Source: the human T2T-CHM13v2.0 reference genome, Homo sapiens
NCBI RefSeq assembly: GCF_009914755.1
Contig: NC_060933.1
Reading direction: 5' to 3' (one strand)
Length of the DNA stretch: 64,000 bases
Positions 1 to 14,930 of the stretch are shown piece after piece. A program made the position numbers and the translations under genes. The notes under the pieces are model-generated. The model was not told the origin of the DNA. It searched no databases and saw only the letters and a program-made list of their open reading frames with translations. Positions within the stretch are counted from its first letter, which is position 1. Each line of letters begins with the position of its first letter.

Positions 1-1059
1 AGTGGAATACGAGGGAATGTATTCGAGTGGAATGGAAAGGAATGGAATCAACCAGAGTGGAATGGAAGGGAATGGAATGGAATGGAAACTAATAGAATGG
101 AATCAACCCGAGTGGAATGGAATGGAAAGGACTGGAATGGAATGGAATGGAATGGAATCAACTCGATTGTAGTGGAATGGAATGGAATGGAATGGAATAG
201 AATGGAATGGAATGGAATTAACCCGAATAAAATGGAATGGAATGGAATGGAACGGAATGGAGTGGAATGGAATGGAATCAACCCGAGTGCAGGGGAATGG
301 AATGGAATGGAATGCAATGGAATGGAATCATCCGGAATGGAATGGAATGGAATGGAATGCAAAGTAATGGAATCAACTCGATTGCAATGGAATGGAATGG
401 AATGGGAAGGAATACATTGGAATCAACCCGAGTGGAATGGAATGGAAAGGACTGGAATGGAGTGGAATGGAATGGAATGGAATGGAATGGAATCAACTCG
501 ATTGGAATGGAATGGAATGGAATGGAATGGAATGGAATGGAATTAACCCGAATAGAATGGAATGGAATGGAATGGAACGGAACGGAATGGAATGGAATGG
601 AATGGAATGGAATGGAATGGAATGGAATGGAATGGAATCAACCAGACTGCAGGGGAATGGAATGGAATGGAATGCAATGGAATGGATTCAACTTGAATGG
701 AATGGAAAGAATGGAATCAACACGAGTGGAATGGCATGGATTGGAATGGAATGGAATGGAATCAACCCGAGTACAGGGGAATGGAATGGAATGGAATGCA
801 ATGGAATGGAATCATCCGTAATGGAAGGGAAAGGAATGGAATGGAATGGAATGGAATGGAATGGAATGGAATGGAATCAACTCGATTGCAATCGAATGGA
901 ATGGAATGGAATTAACCCGAATAGAATGGAATGGAATGGAATGGAACGGAACGGAATGGAATGGAATGGAATGGAACGGAACGGAATGGAATGGAATGGA
1001 ATGGAATGGAATCAACCCGAGTGCAATCGAATGGAATCGAATGGAATGGAATGTAATGG

Positions 1060-4000
1060 AATGGATTCAACTTGAATGGAATGGAAAGAATGGAATCAAC
1101 ACGAGTGGAATGACATTGATTGGAATGGAATGGAATGGAATCAACCCGAGTACAGGGGAATAGAATGGAATGGAATGCAATGGAATGGAATCATCCGTAA
1201 TGGAATGGAAAGGAATGGAATGGAATGGAATGGAATGGAATGGAATGGAATGGAATCAACTCGATTGCAATCGAATGGAATGGAATGGAATTAACCCGAA
1301 TAGAATGGAATGGAATGGAATGGAACGGAACGGAAGGGAATGGAATGGAATGGAATGGAATGGAACGGAATGGAATGGAATGGAATGGAATGGAATGGAA
1401 TGGAATGGAATCAACGCGAGTGCAGGGGAATGGAATGGAATGGAATGCAATGGAATGGAATCTTCCGGAATGTAATGGAATGGAATGGAATGGAATGAAA
1501 TGCAATGGATTCAACTCGATTGCAATGGAATGGAATAGAATGGAATGGAATGGAATGGAATGGAATTAATCCGAACAGAATGGAATGGAATGGAATGGAA
1601 CGGAATGGAAAGGAATGGAATGGAATGGAATGGAATGGAATGGAATGGAATGGTATGGAATAGAATGGAATGGTACGGAACAGAAAGGAATGGAACGAAT
1701 TGTAATGGAATGGAATTTAATGGAATGGAATGGAATGGAATGGAATCAACGCGAGTGCAGGGGAATGTAATGGAACGGAATGCAATGGAATGGAATCATC
1801 CGGAATGGAATGGAATGGAATGGAATGGAATGGAATGGAATGGAATCATCCCGAGTGCAATGGAATGGAGTGGAATGGAAGGGAATGGAATGGAACAACC
1901 CGAATGGAATTGAATGTAATGGAGAGTAAGGGAGTTGAATAGAATCTATCCGAATGTAATGGAATGGAATTCAACGGAATGGAATGGAATGGAATGGAAT
2001 GGAATGGAATGCAATGGAATGGAATGGAATGATACGGAATAGAATGGAATGGAACGAAATGGAATAGAATGGAATGGAATGGAATGGAATGGAATGGAAT
2101 GGAATCGTTCCGAGTGGAATAGGAGGGAATGTATTCGAGTGGAATGGAAAGGAATGGAATCAACCAGAGTGGAATGGAAGGGAATGGAATGGAATGGAAA
2201 CTAATAGAATGGAATCAACCCGAGTGGAATGGGATGGAAAGGACTGGAATGGAATGGAATGGAATGGAATCAACTTGATTGTAATGGAATGGAATGGAAT
2301 GGAATGGAATGGAATGGAATTAACCCGAATACAATGCAATGGAATGGAATGGAACGGAATGGAGTGGAATGGAACGGAATCAACCCGAGTGCAGGGGAAT
2401 GGAATGGAATGGAATGCAATGGAAAGGAATCATCCGGAATGGAATGGAATGGAATGGAATGCAAAGCAATGGAATCAACTCGATTGCAATGGAATGGAAT
2501 GGAATGGAAAGGAATACATTGGAATCAACCCGAGTGGAAAGGAATGGAAAGGACTGGAATGGAGTTGAATGGAATGGAATGGAATGGAATGGAATGGAAA
2601 GGAATCAACTTGATTGGAATGGAATGGAATGGAATGGAATGGAATTAACCCGAATAGAAAGGAATGGAATGGAATGGAACGGAACGGAATGGAATGGAAT
2701 GGAATGGAATGGAATGGAATGGAATGGAATCAACCCGACTGCAGGGGAATGGAATGGAATGGAATGCAATGGAATGGATTCAACTTGAATGGAATGGAAA
2801 GAATGGAATCAACACGAGTGGAATGGCATGGATTGGAATGGAATGGAATGGAATCAACCCGAGTACAGTGGAATGGAATGGAATGGAATGCAATGGAATG
2901 GAATCATCCGTAATGGAATGGAAAGGAATAGAATGGAATGGAATGGAATGGAATGGAATCAACTCGATTGAAATCGAATGGAATGGAATGGAATTAACCC
3001 GAATAGAATGGAATGGAATGGAATGGAACGGAACGGAACGGAACGGAACGGAATGGAATGGAATGGAATGGAATCAACGCGAGTGCAGGGGAATGGAATG
3101 GAATGGAATGCAATGGAATGGATTCAACTTGAATGGAATGGAAAGAATGGAATCAACACGAGTGGAATGACATTGATTGGAATGGAATGGAATGGAATCA
3201 ACCCGAGTACAGGGGAATAGAATGGAATGGAATGCAATGGAATGGAATCATCCGTAATGGAATGGAATGGAATGGAATGGAATGGAATGGAATGGAATGG
3301 AATGGAATGGAATCAACTCGATTGCAATCGAATGGAATGGAATGGAATTAACCCGAATAGAATGGAATGGAATGGAATGGAACGGAACGGAAGGGAATGG
3401 AATGGAATGGAATGGAATGGAACGGAATGGAATGGAATGGAATGGAATGGAATGCAATGGAATCAACGCGAGTGCAGGGGAATGGAATGGAATGGAATGC
3501 AATGGAATGGAATCTTCCGGAATGTAATGGAATGGAATGGAATGGAATGAAATGCAATGGATTCAACTCGATTGCAATGGAATGGAATAGAATGGAGTGG
3601 AATGGAATGGAATGGAATTAATCCGAACAGAATGGAATGGAATGGAATGGAACGGAATGGAAAGGAATGGAATGGAATGGAATGGAATGGAATGGAATGG
3701 AATGGAATGGTATGGAATAGAATGGAATGGTACGGAACAGAAAGGAATGGAACGAATTGTAATGCAATGGAATTTAATGGAATGGAATGGAATGGAATGG
3801 AATCAACGCGAGTGCAGGGGAATGTAATGGAACGGAATGCAATGGAATGGAATCATCCGGAATGGAATGGAATGGAATGGAATGGAATGGAATGGAATCA
3901 TCCCGAGTGCAATGGAATGGAGTGGAATGGAAGGGAATGGAATGGAACAACCCGAATGGAATGGAATGTAATGGAGAGTAAGGGAGTTGAATAGAATCAA

Positions 4001-5220
4001 TCCGAATGTAATGGAATGGAATTCAACGGAATGGAATGGAATGGAATGGAATGGAATGGAATGCAATGGAATGGAATGGAATGATACGGAATAGAATGGA
4101 ATGGAACGAAATGGAATAGAATGGAATGGAATGGAATGGAATGGAATGGAATCGTTCCGAGTGGAATAGGAGGGAATGTATTCGAGTGGAATGGAAAGGA
4201 ATGGAATCAACCAGAGTGGAATGGAAGGGAATGGAATGGAATGGAAACTAATAGAATGGAATCAACCCGAGTGGAATGGGATGGAAAGGACTGGAATGGA
4301 ATGGAATGGAATGGAATCAACACGATTGTAATGGAATGGAATGGAATGGAATGGAATGGAATGGAATTAACCCGAATACAATGCAATGGAATGGAATGGA
4401 ACGGAATGGAGTGGAATGGAACGGAATCAACCTGAGTGCAGGGGAATGGAATGGAATGGAATGCAATGGAAAGGAATCATCCGGAATGGAATGGAATGGA
4501 ATGGAATGCAAAGCAATGGAATCAACTCGATTGCAATGGAATGGAATGGAATGGAAAGGAATACATTGGAATCAACCCGAGTGGAAAGGAATGGAAAGGA
4601 CTGGAATGGAGTGGAATGGAATGGAATGGAATGGAATGGAATGGAATGGAATGGAAAGGAATCAACTTGATTGGAATGGAATGGAATGGAATGGACTGGA
4701 ATTAACCCGAATAGAAAGGAATGGAATGGAATGGAACGGAACGGAATGGAATGGAATGGAATGGAATGGAATGGAATGGAATGGAATCAACCCGACTGCA
4801 GGGGAATGGAATGGAATGGAATGGAATGGAATGGATTCAACTTGAATGGAATGGAAAGAATGGAATCAACACGAGTGGAATGGCATGGATTGGAATGGAA
4901 TGGAATGGAATCAACCCGAGTACAGTGGAATGGAATGGAATGGAATGCAATGGAATGGAATCATCCGTAATGGAATGGAAAGGAATGGAATGGAATGGAA
5001 TGGAATGGAATGGAATCAACTCGATTGAAATCGAATGGAATGGAATGGAATTAACCCGAATAAAATGGAATGGAATGGAATGGAACGGAACGGAACGGAA
5101 CGGAACGGAACGGAATGGAATGGAATGGAATGGAATGGAACGGAGAGGAATGGAATGGAATGGAATGGAATGGAATCAACGCGAGTGCAGGGGAATGGAA
5201 TGGAATGGAATGCAATGGAA
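1060..5220 (+). repeat. Tandem duplication, ~2.05 kb unit x2
   Basis: Private variants paired at ~2050 bp offset: TGACATTGA (1111/3168), GTACGGAACAGAAAGG (1673/3730), CATCCCGAGT (1847/3899), AATTCAACGG (1968/4020), TGGGATGG (2230/4277), GTACAGTGG (2873/4920). Confidence 0.9.
1457..1471 (+). promoter_or_regulatory. Perfect heat-shock element nGAAnnTTCnnGAAn (first of ~25 in the left arm)
   Basis: GGAATCTTCCGGAAT = GAA-tc-TTC-cg-GAA. Also at ~3509, 5222, 6075, 7918, 10620, 11497, 13355, 14113, 14981, 29655, 33010, 36134, 37118, 38231, 39943, 41653, 43176, 45413, 48233, 48882, 49242, 49612, 51754, 53087. Motif match only; occupancy is inferred. Confidence 0.65.
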
Positions 5221-8200
5221 TGGAATCTTCCGGAATGGAATGGAATGGAATGGAATGGAATGGAATGGAATGGAATAAACCCGAGTGCAATGGAATGGAG
5301 TGGAATGGAATGGAATGGAATGGAACAACCCGAATGGAATGGAATGTAATGGAGACTAAGGGAGTTGAATAGAATCAATCCGAATGTAATGGAATGGAAT
5401 GGAACGGAAAGGAATGGAATGGAATGGAATGGAATGGAATGCAATGGAATGGAATCAACCCGAGTGCAATGGAATGGAGAGGAATGGAATGGAATGCAAT
5501 GGAAACTACCCGAATGGAATGGAATGTAATGGAGTGTAAGGGAATTGAATAGAATCAATCCGAATGTAATGGAATGGAATGGAACGGAATGGAATGGAAT
5601 GGAATGGAATGGAATGGAATGGAATGCAATGGAATGGAATCAACCGGAGTGCAATCAAATGGAATCGAATGGAATGGAATGCAATGGAATGGATTCAACT
5701 TGAATGGAATGGAAAGAATGGAATCAACACGAGTGGAAGGTCATGGATTGGAATGGAATGGAATGGAATCAACCCTAGTACAGGGGAATGGAATGGAATG
5801 GAATGCAATGGAATGGAATCATCCGTAATGGAATGGAAAGGAATGGAATGGAATGGAATGGAATGGAATGAAATGGAATCAACACGATTGCAATCGAATG
5901 GAATGGAATGGAATTAACCCGAATAGAATGGAATGGAATGGAATGGAACAGAACGGAATGGAATGGAATGGAATGGAACGGAACGGAACGGAACGGAGTG
6001 GAATGGAATGGAATGGAATGGAATGGAATCAACGCGAGTGCAGGGGAATGGAATGGAATGGAATGCAATGGAATGGAATCTTCCGGAATGGAATGGAATG
6101 GAATGGAATGGAATGGACTGAAATGCAATGGATTCAACTCGATTGCAATGGAATGGAATACAATGGAATGGAATGGAATGGAAAGGAATTAACCCGAATA
6201 GAATGGAATGGAATGGAATGGAACGGAAGAGAACGGAATGGAATGGAATGGAATGGAATGGAATGGAATGCAATGGTATGCAATGGAATGGAATGGTACG
6301 GAATAGAATGGAATGGAAAGAATTGTAATGGAATGGAATTGAATGGAATGGAATGGAATGGAATGGAATGGAATGGAATCAACGCGAGTGCAGGGGAATG
6401 TAATGGAACGGAATGCAATGGATTGGAATCATCCGGAATGGAATGGAATGGAATGGAATGGAATGGAATCAACCCGAGTGCAATGGAATGGAGTGGAATG
6501 GAATGGAATCGAATGGAACAATCCGAATGGAATGGAATGGAATGGAGAGTAAGGGAGTTGAATAGAATCAATCCGAATGTAATGGAATGGAATGCAACGG
6601 AATGGAATGGAATGGAATGGAATGGATTGGAATGCAATGGAATGGAATCAACCCGAGTACAATGGAATGGAATGGAATGGAATGGAATGGAATGGAATGG
6701 AATGGAATGGAATGGAATGGAATGGAATGATACGGAATAGAATGGAATGTAACGAAATGGAATGGAATAGAATGGAATGGATTGTAATGGAATGGAATGG
6801 AATCGTTCCGAGTGGAATAGGAGGGAATATATTCGAGTGGAATGGAAAGGAATGGAATCAACCAGAGTGGAATGGAAGGGAATGGAATGGAATGGAAACT
6901 AATAGTATGGAATCAACCAAAGTGGAATGGAATGGAAACGACTGGAATGGAATGGAATGGAATGGAATCAACTCGATTGTAATGGAATGGAATGGAATGG
7001 AATGGAAAGGAATGGAATGGAATGGAATTAACCCGAATACAATGGAATGGAATGGAATGGAACGGAATGGAGTGGAATGGAATGGAATAAACCCGAGTGC
7101 AGGAGATTAGAATGGAATGGAATGCAATGGAATGGAATCGTCCGGAATTGAATGGAATGGAATGGAATGCAAAGCAATGGAATCAACAAGATTGCAATGG
7201 AATGGAATGGAATGGAAAGGAATACATTGGAATCAACCCGACTGGAATGGAAGGGAAAGGACTGGAATGGACTGGAATGGAATGGAATGGAATTGAATGG
7301 AATCAACTCGATTGGAATGGAATGGAATGGAATGGAATGGAATGGAATGGAATGGAATGGAATTAACCCGAATAGAATGGAATGGAATGGAATGGAACGG
7401 AACGGAATGGAATGGAATGGAATGGAATGGAATGGAATGGAATGGAATCAACCCGACTGCAGGGGAATGGAATGCAATGGAATGCAATGGAATGGATTCA
7501 ACTTGAATGGAATGGAAAGAATGGAATCAACACGAGTGGAATGGCATGGATTGGAATGGAATGGAATGGAATCAACCCGAGTACAGGGGAATGGAATGGA
7601 ACGGAATGCAATGGAAGGGAATCATCCGTAATGGAATGGAAAGGAATGGAATGGAATGGAATGGAATGGCATGGAATCAACTCGATTGCAATCGAATGGA
7701 ATGGAATGGAATTAACCTGCATAGAATGGAATGGAATGGAATGGAACGGAACGGAACGGAACGGAATGGAACGGAAAGGAATGGAATGGAATGGAACGGA
7801 ACGGAACGGAACGGAACGGAACGGAATGGAATGGAATGGAATGGAATGGAATGGAATGGAATGGAATGGAATCAAAGCGAGTGCAGGGTAATGGAATGGA
7901 ATGGAATGCAATGGAATGGAATCTTCCGGAATGGAATGGAATGGAATGGAATGGAATGAAATGCAATGGATTCAACTCGATTGCAATGGAATGGAATAGA
8001 ATGGAATGGAATGGAATGGAATGGAATGGAATTAACCCGAATAGAATGGAATGGAATGGAATCGAACGGAATGGAACCGAATGGAATGGAATGGAATGGT
8101 ATGGAATGGAATGGAATGGTACGGAATAGAATGGAAAAGAACGAATTGTAATGGAATGGAATTGAATGGAATGGAATGGAATGGAATGGAATCAACGCAA

Positions 8201-10214
8201 GTGCAGGGGAATGTAATGGAACGGAATGCAATGGAATGGAATCATCCGGAATGGAATGGAATGGAATGGAATGGAATCAACCCGAGTGCAATGGAATGGA
8301 TTGGAATGGAATGGAATGGAATGGAACAACCCGAATGGAATGGAATGTAATGGAGAGTAAGGGAGTTGAATAGAATCAATCCGAATGTAATGGAATGGAA
8401 TGCAACGGAATGGAATGGAATGGAATGGAATGGAATGGAATGGAATGGAATGGAATGCAATGGAATGGAATCAACCCGAGTACAATGGAATGGAATGGAA
8501 TGGAATGGAAAGGACTGGAATGGAATGGAATTTAATGGAATGGAATGGAATGGAATCAACTCGATTGTAATGGAATGGAATGGAATGGAATGGAATGGAA
8601 TGGAATGGAACGGAATGGAATTAACCCGAATACAATGGAATGGAATGGAATGGAACGGAATGGAGTGGAATGGAATGGAATCAACCCGAGTGCAGGGGAA
8701 TGGAATGGAATGGAATGCAATGGAATGGAATCATCCGGAATGGAATGGAATGGAATGGAAAGCAAAGCAATGGAATCAACTCGATTGCAATGGAATGGAA
8801 TGGAATGGAAAGGAATACATTGGAACCAACCCGAGTGGAATGGAATGGAAAGGACTGGAATGGAATGGAATGGAATGGAATGGAATGGAATGGAATGGAA
8901 TCAACTCGATTGGAATGGAATGGAATGGAATGGAATGGAATGGAATGGTATTAACCCGAATAGAATGGAATGGAATGGAACGGAACAGAACAGAATGGAA
9001 TGGAATGGAATGGAATGGAATGGAATGGAATGGAATGGAATCAACCCGAGTAGAGGGGAATGGAATGGAATGGAATGCAATGGAATGGAATCATCCGTAA
9101 TGGAATGGAAACGAATGGAATGGAATGGAATTAACCCGAATAGAATGGAATGGAATGGAATGGAACAGAATGGAATGGAAAGGAATGGAATGGAATGGAA
9201 TGGAATGGAATGGTATGGAATGGAATGGAATGGAATCAACCCGACTGCAATGGAATGGAGTGGAATGGAATGGAATGGAATGGAACAACCCGAATGGAAT
9301 GGAATGTAATGGAGAGTAAGGGAGTTGAATAGAATCAATCCGAATGTAATGGAATGGAATGCAACGGAATGGAATGGAATGGAATGGAATGGAATGGAAT
9401 GCAATGGAATGGAATCAACCCGAGTACAATGGAATGGAATGGAATGGAATGGAATTGAATGGAGTGGAATGGAATGGAATGAAATGGAATGATACGGAAT
9501 AGAATGGAATGGAACGAAACGGAATGGAATGGAATGGAATGGAATGGAATGGAATGGAATGGAATGGAATGGAATCGTTCCGAGTTGAATAGGAGGGAAT
9601 GTATTCGAGTGGAATGGAAAGGAATGGAATCAACCAGAGTGGAATGGAAGGGAATGGAATGGAATGGAAATTAATAGAATGGAATCAACACGAGTGGAAT
9701 GGAATGGAAAGGACTGGAATGGAATGGAATGGAATGGAATCAACTCGATTGTAATGTAATGGAATGGAATGGAATGGAATGGAATGGAATGGAATGGAAT
9801 GGAGTGGAATGGAATGGAATCAACCCGAGTGCAGGGGAATGGAATGGAATGGAATGCAATGGAATGGAATCATCCGGAATGGAATGGAATGGAATGGAAT
9901 GCAAAGCAATGGAATCAACTCGATTGCAATGGAATGGAATGGAATGGAAAGGAATACATTGGAATCAACCCGACTGGAATGGAATGGAAAGGACTGGAAT
10001 GGAGTGGAATGGAATGGAATGGAATGGAATGGAATCAACTCGATTGGAATGGAATGGAATGCAATGGAATGGAATTAACCCGAATAGAATGGAATGGAAT
10101 GGAATGGAACGGAACGGAATGGAATGGAATGGAATGGAATGGAATGGAATGGAATGGAATGGAATCAACCCGACTGCAGGGGAATGGAATGGAATGGAAT
10201 GCAATGGAATGGAT

Positions 10215-13200
10215 TCAACTTGAATGGAATGGAAAGAATGGAATCAACACGAGTGGAATGGCATGCATTGGAATGGAATGGAATGGAATCAACCCGAGTA
10301 CAGGGGAATGGAATGGAATGGAATGCAATGGAATGGAATCATCCGTAATGGAATGGAAAGGAATGGAATGGAATGGAATGGAATGGAATGGAATGGAATG
10401 GAATCAACTCGATTGCAATCGAATGGAATGCAATGGAATTAACCCGAATAGAATGGAATGGAATGGAATGGAACGGAACGGAACGGAATGGAATGGATTG
10501 GAATGGAATGGAATGGAATGGAACGGAAAGGAATGGAATGGAATGGAATGGAATGGAATGGAATGGAATGGAATCAACGCGAGTGCAGGGGAATGGAATG
10601 GAATGGAATGCAATGGAATGGAATCTTCCGGAATGGAATGGAATGGAATGGAATGGAATGGAATGGAATGGAATGGAATAAACCCGAGTGCAATGGAATG
10701 GAGTGGAATGGAATGGAATGGAATGGAACAACCCGAATAGAATGGAATGTAATGGAGAGTAAGGGAGTTGAATAGAATCAATCCGAATGTAATGGAATGG
10801 AATGGAAAGGAATGGAATTGAATGGAATGGAATGGAATGGAATCAACCCGAGTGCAATGGAATGGAGAGGAATGGAATGGAATGGAATGGAAACTACCCG
10901 AATAGAATGGAATGTAATGGAGTGTAAGGGAATTGAATAGAATCAATCCGAATGGAATGGAATGGAATGGAACGGAATGGAATGGAATGGAATGGAATGG
11001 AATGGAATGGAATGCAATGGATTGGAATCAACCCGAGTGCAATCGAATGGAATCGAATGGAATGGAATGCAATGGAATGGATTCAACTTGAATGGAATGG
11101 AAAGAATGGAATCAACACGAGTTGAATGGCATGGATTGGAATGGAATGGAATGGAATCAACCCGAGTACAGGGGAATGGAATGGAATGGAATGCAATGGA
11201 ATGGAATCATCCGTAATGGAATGGAAAGGAATGGAATGGAATGGAATGGAATGGAATGGAATGGAATGGAATCAACTCGATTGCAATCGAATGGAATGGA
11301 ATGGAATTAAACCGAATAGAATGGAAAGAATGGAATGGAACGGAACGGAATGGAATGGAATGGAATGTAATGGAATGGAATGGAACAGAACGGAACGGAA
11401 CGGAACGGAATGGAATGGAATGGAATGGAATGGAATGGAATGGAATGGAATCAACGCGAGTGCAGGGGAATAGAATGGAATGGAATGCAATGGAATGGAA
11501 TCTTCAGGAATGGAATGGAATGGAATGGAATGGAATGAAATGCAATGGATTCAACTCGATTGCAATGGATTGGAATAGAATGGAATGGAATGGAATGGAA
11601 TTAACCCGAATAGAATGGAATGGAATGGAATGGAACGGTATGGAACCGAATGCAATGGAATGGAATGGTATGGAATGGAATGGAATGGTACGGAATAGAA
11701 TGGAATGGAACGAATTGTAATGGAATGGAATTGAATGGAATGGAATGGAATGGAATGGAATGGAATCAACGCAAGTGCAGGGGAATGTAATGGAACGGAA
11801 TGCAATGGAATGGAATCATCCGGAATGGAATGGAATGGAATGGAATGGAATGGAATGGAATCAACCCGAGCGCAATGGAAGGGAGTGGAATGGAATGGAA
11901 TGGAATGGAACAACCCGAATGGAACGGAATGTAATGGAGAGTAAGGGAGTTGAATAGAATCAATCCGAAGGTAATGGAAAGGAATGCAACGGAATGGAAT
12001 GGAATGGAATGGAATGGAATGGAATGGAATGCAATGGAATGGAATCAACCCAAGTACAATGGAATGCAATGGAAAGGAATGGAATGGAATGGAATGGAAT
12101 GGAATGGAATGCCTTCAAAACGAATGGAATGGAAAGGAATGGAATTAACACGAGTGGAATGGAATGGAATGGAATGGAATGGAATGGAATGGAATGGAAT
12201 GGAATGGAATTATACGGAATAGAATGGAATGGAACGAAATGGAATGGAATGGAATGGAATGGAATGGAATGGAATGGAATGGAATGGAATTGTTCCTTGT
12301 GGAATAGGAGGGAATGTATTCGAGTGGAATGGAAAGGAATGGAATCAACGAGAGTGGAATGGAAGGGAATGGAATGGAATGGAAACTAATAGAATGGAAT
12401 CAACCCGAGTGGAATGGAATGGAAAGGACTGGTATGGAATGGAATGGAATGGAATGGAATGGAATGGAATCAACTCGATTTTAATGGAATGGAATGGAAT
12501 GGAATGGAATTAACCCGAATACAATGGAATGGAATGGAATGGAACGGAATGGAGTGGAATGGAATGGAATCAACCCGATTGCAGGGGAATGGAATGGAAT
12601 GGAATGCAATGGAATGGAATCATCCGGAATGGAATGGAATGGAATGGAATGCAAAGCAATGGAATCAACTCGATTGCAATGGAATGGAATGGAATGGAAA
12701 GGAATACATTGGAATCAACCCGAGTGGAATGGAATGGAAAGGACTGGAATGGAGTGGAATGGAATGGAATGGAATGGAATGGAATCAACTCGATTGGAAT
12801 GGAATGGAATGGAATGGAATTAACCCGAATACAATGGAATGGAATGGAATGGAACGGAACGGAACGGAACGGAATGGAATGGAATGGAATGGAATGGAAT
12901 GGAATGGAATCAACCCGACTGCAGGGGAATGGAATGGAATGGAATGCAATGGAATGCATTCAACTTGAATGCAATGGAAAGAATGGAATCAACACGAGTG
13001 GAATGGCATGGATTGGAATGGAATGGAATGGAATGAACCCGAGTACAGGGGAATAGAATGGAATGGAATGCAATGGAATGGAATCATCCGCAATGGAATG
13101 GAAAGGAATGGAATGGAATGGAATGGAATGGAATGGAATGGAATCAACTCGATTGCAATCGAATGGAATGGAATGGAATTAACCCGAATAGAATGGAATG

Positions 13201-14930
13201 GAATGGAATGGAACGGAACGGAACGGAATGGAATGGAATGGAATGGAATGGAATGGAACAGAAAGGAATGGAATGGAATGGAATGGAATGGAATGGAATG
13301 GAATGGAATCAACGCGAGTGCAGGGGAATGGAATGGAATGGAATGCAATGGAATGGAATCTTCCGGAATGGAATGGAATGGAATGGAATCAACCCGAGTG
13401 CAATGGAATGGAGTGGAATGGAATGGAATGGAGTGTAAGGCAATTGAATAGAATCAATCCGAATGTAATGGAATGGAATGGAACGGAACGGAATGGAATG
13501 GAATGGAATGGAATGGAATGCAATGGAATGGAATCAACCCGAGTGCAATCGAATGGAATCGAATGGAATGGAATGCAATGGAATGGATTCAACTTGAATG
13601 GAATGGAAAGAATGGAATCAACACGAGTGGAAGGGCATGGATTGGAATGCAATGGAATGGAATCAACCCGAGTACAGGGGAATGGAATGGAATGGAATGC
13701 AATGGATTGGATTCAACTTGAATGGAATGGAAAGAATGGAATCAACACGAGTGGAATGGCATGGATTGGAATGGAATTGAATGGAATCAACCCGAGTACA
13801 GGGGAATGGAATGGAATGGAATGCAATGGAATGGAATCATCCGTAATGGAATGGAAAGGAATGGAATGGAATGGAATGGAATGGAATGGAATGGAATCAA
13901 CTCGATTGCAATCGAATGGAATGCAATGGAATTAACCCGAATAGAATGGAATGGAATGGAATGGAACGGAACGGAACGGAATGGAATGGATTGGAATGGA
14001 ATGGAATGGAATGGAACGGAAAGGAATGGAATGGAATGGAATGGAATGGAATGGAATGGAATGGAATCAACGCGAGTGCAGGGGAATGGAATGGAATGGA
14101 ATGCAATGGAATGGAATCTTCCGGAATGGAATGGAATGCAATGGAATGGAATGGAATGGAATGGAATAAACCCGAGTGCAATGGAATGGAGTGGAATGGA
14201 ATGGAATGGAATGGAACAACCCGAATGGAATGGAATGTAATGGAGAGTAAGGGAGTTGAATAGAATCAATCCGAATGTAATGGAATGGAATGGAAAGGAA
14301 TGGAATTGAATGGTATGGAATGGAATGGAATCAACCCGAGTGCAATGGAATGGAGAGGAATGGAATGGAATGGAATGGAAACTACCCGAATGGAATGGAA
14401 TGTAATGGAGTGTAAGGGAATTGAATAGAATCAATCCGAATGTAATGGAATGGAATGGAACGGAATGGAATGGAATGGAATGGAATGGAATGGAATGGAA
14501 TGCAATGGATTGGAATCAACCCGAGTGCAATCGAATGGAATCGAATGGAATGGAATGCAATGGAATGGATTCAACTTGAATGGAATGGAAAGAATGGAAT
14601 CAACACGAGTTGAATGGCATGGATTGGAATGGAATGGAATGGAATCAACCCGAGTAGAGGGGAATGGAATGGAATGGAATGCAATGGAATGGAATCATCC
14701 GTAATGGAATGGAAAGGAATGGAATGGAATGGAATGGAATGGAATAGAATGGAATGGAATCAACTCGATTGCAATCGAATGGAATGGAATGGAATTAAAC
14801 CGAATAGAATGGAATGGAATGGAATGGAACGGAACGGAATGGAATGGAATGGAATGGAATGGAATGGAATGGAACAGAACGGAACGGAACGGAACGGAAT
14901 GGAATGGAATGGAATGGAATGGAACTGAAA
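10215..14930 (+). repeat. ~1.2 kb block duplicated at ~3.49 kb offset (10215-11460 / 13710-14930)
   Basis: Shared variants GCAATGGAATTAACCC, ACACGAGTTGAATGGC (11115/14603) and ATTAAACCG (11306/14794); ORFs 10962.. and 14450.. are nearly identical. Confidence 0.8.

Noticed and set aside
1921-1955. GGAGAGTAAGGGAGTTGAATAG as a non-satellite insert or G-quadruplex
   Set aside because: It stays in pentamer phase (diverged GGAAT units), recurs in many modules, and lacks four G3 tracts.
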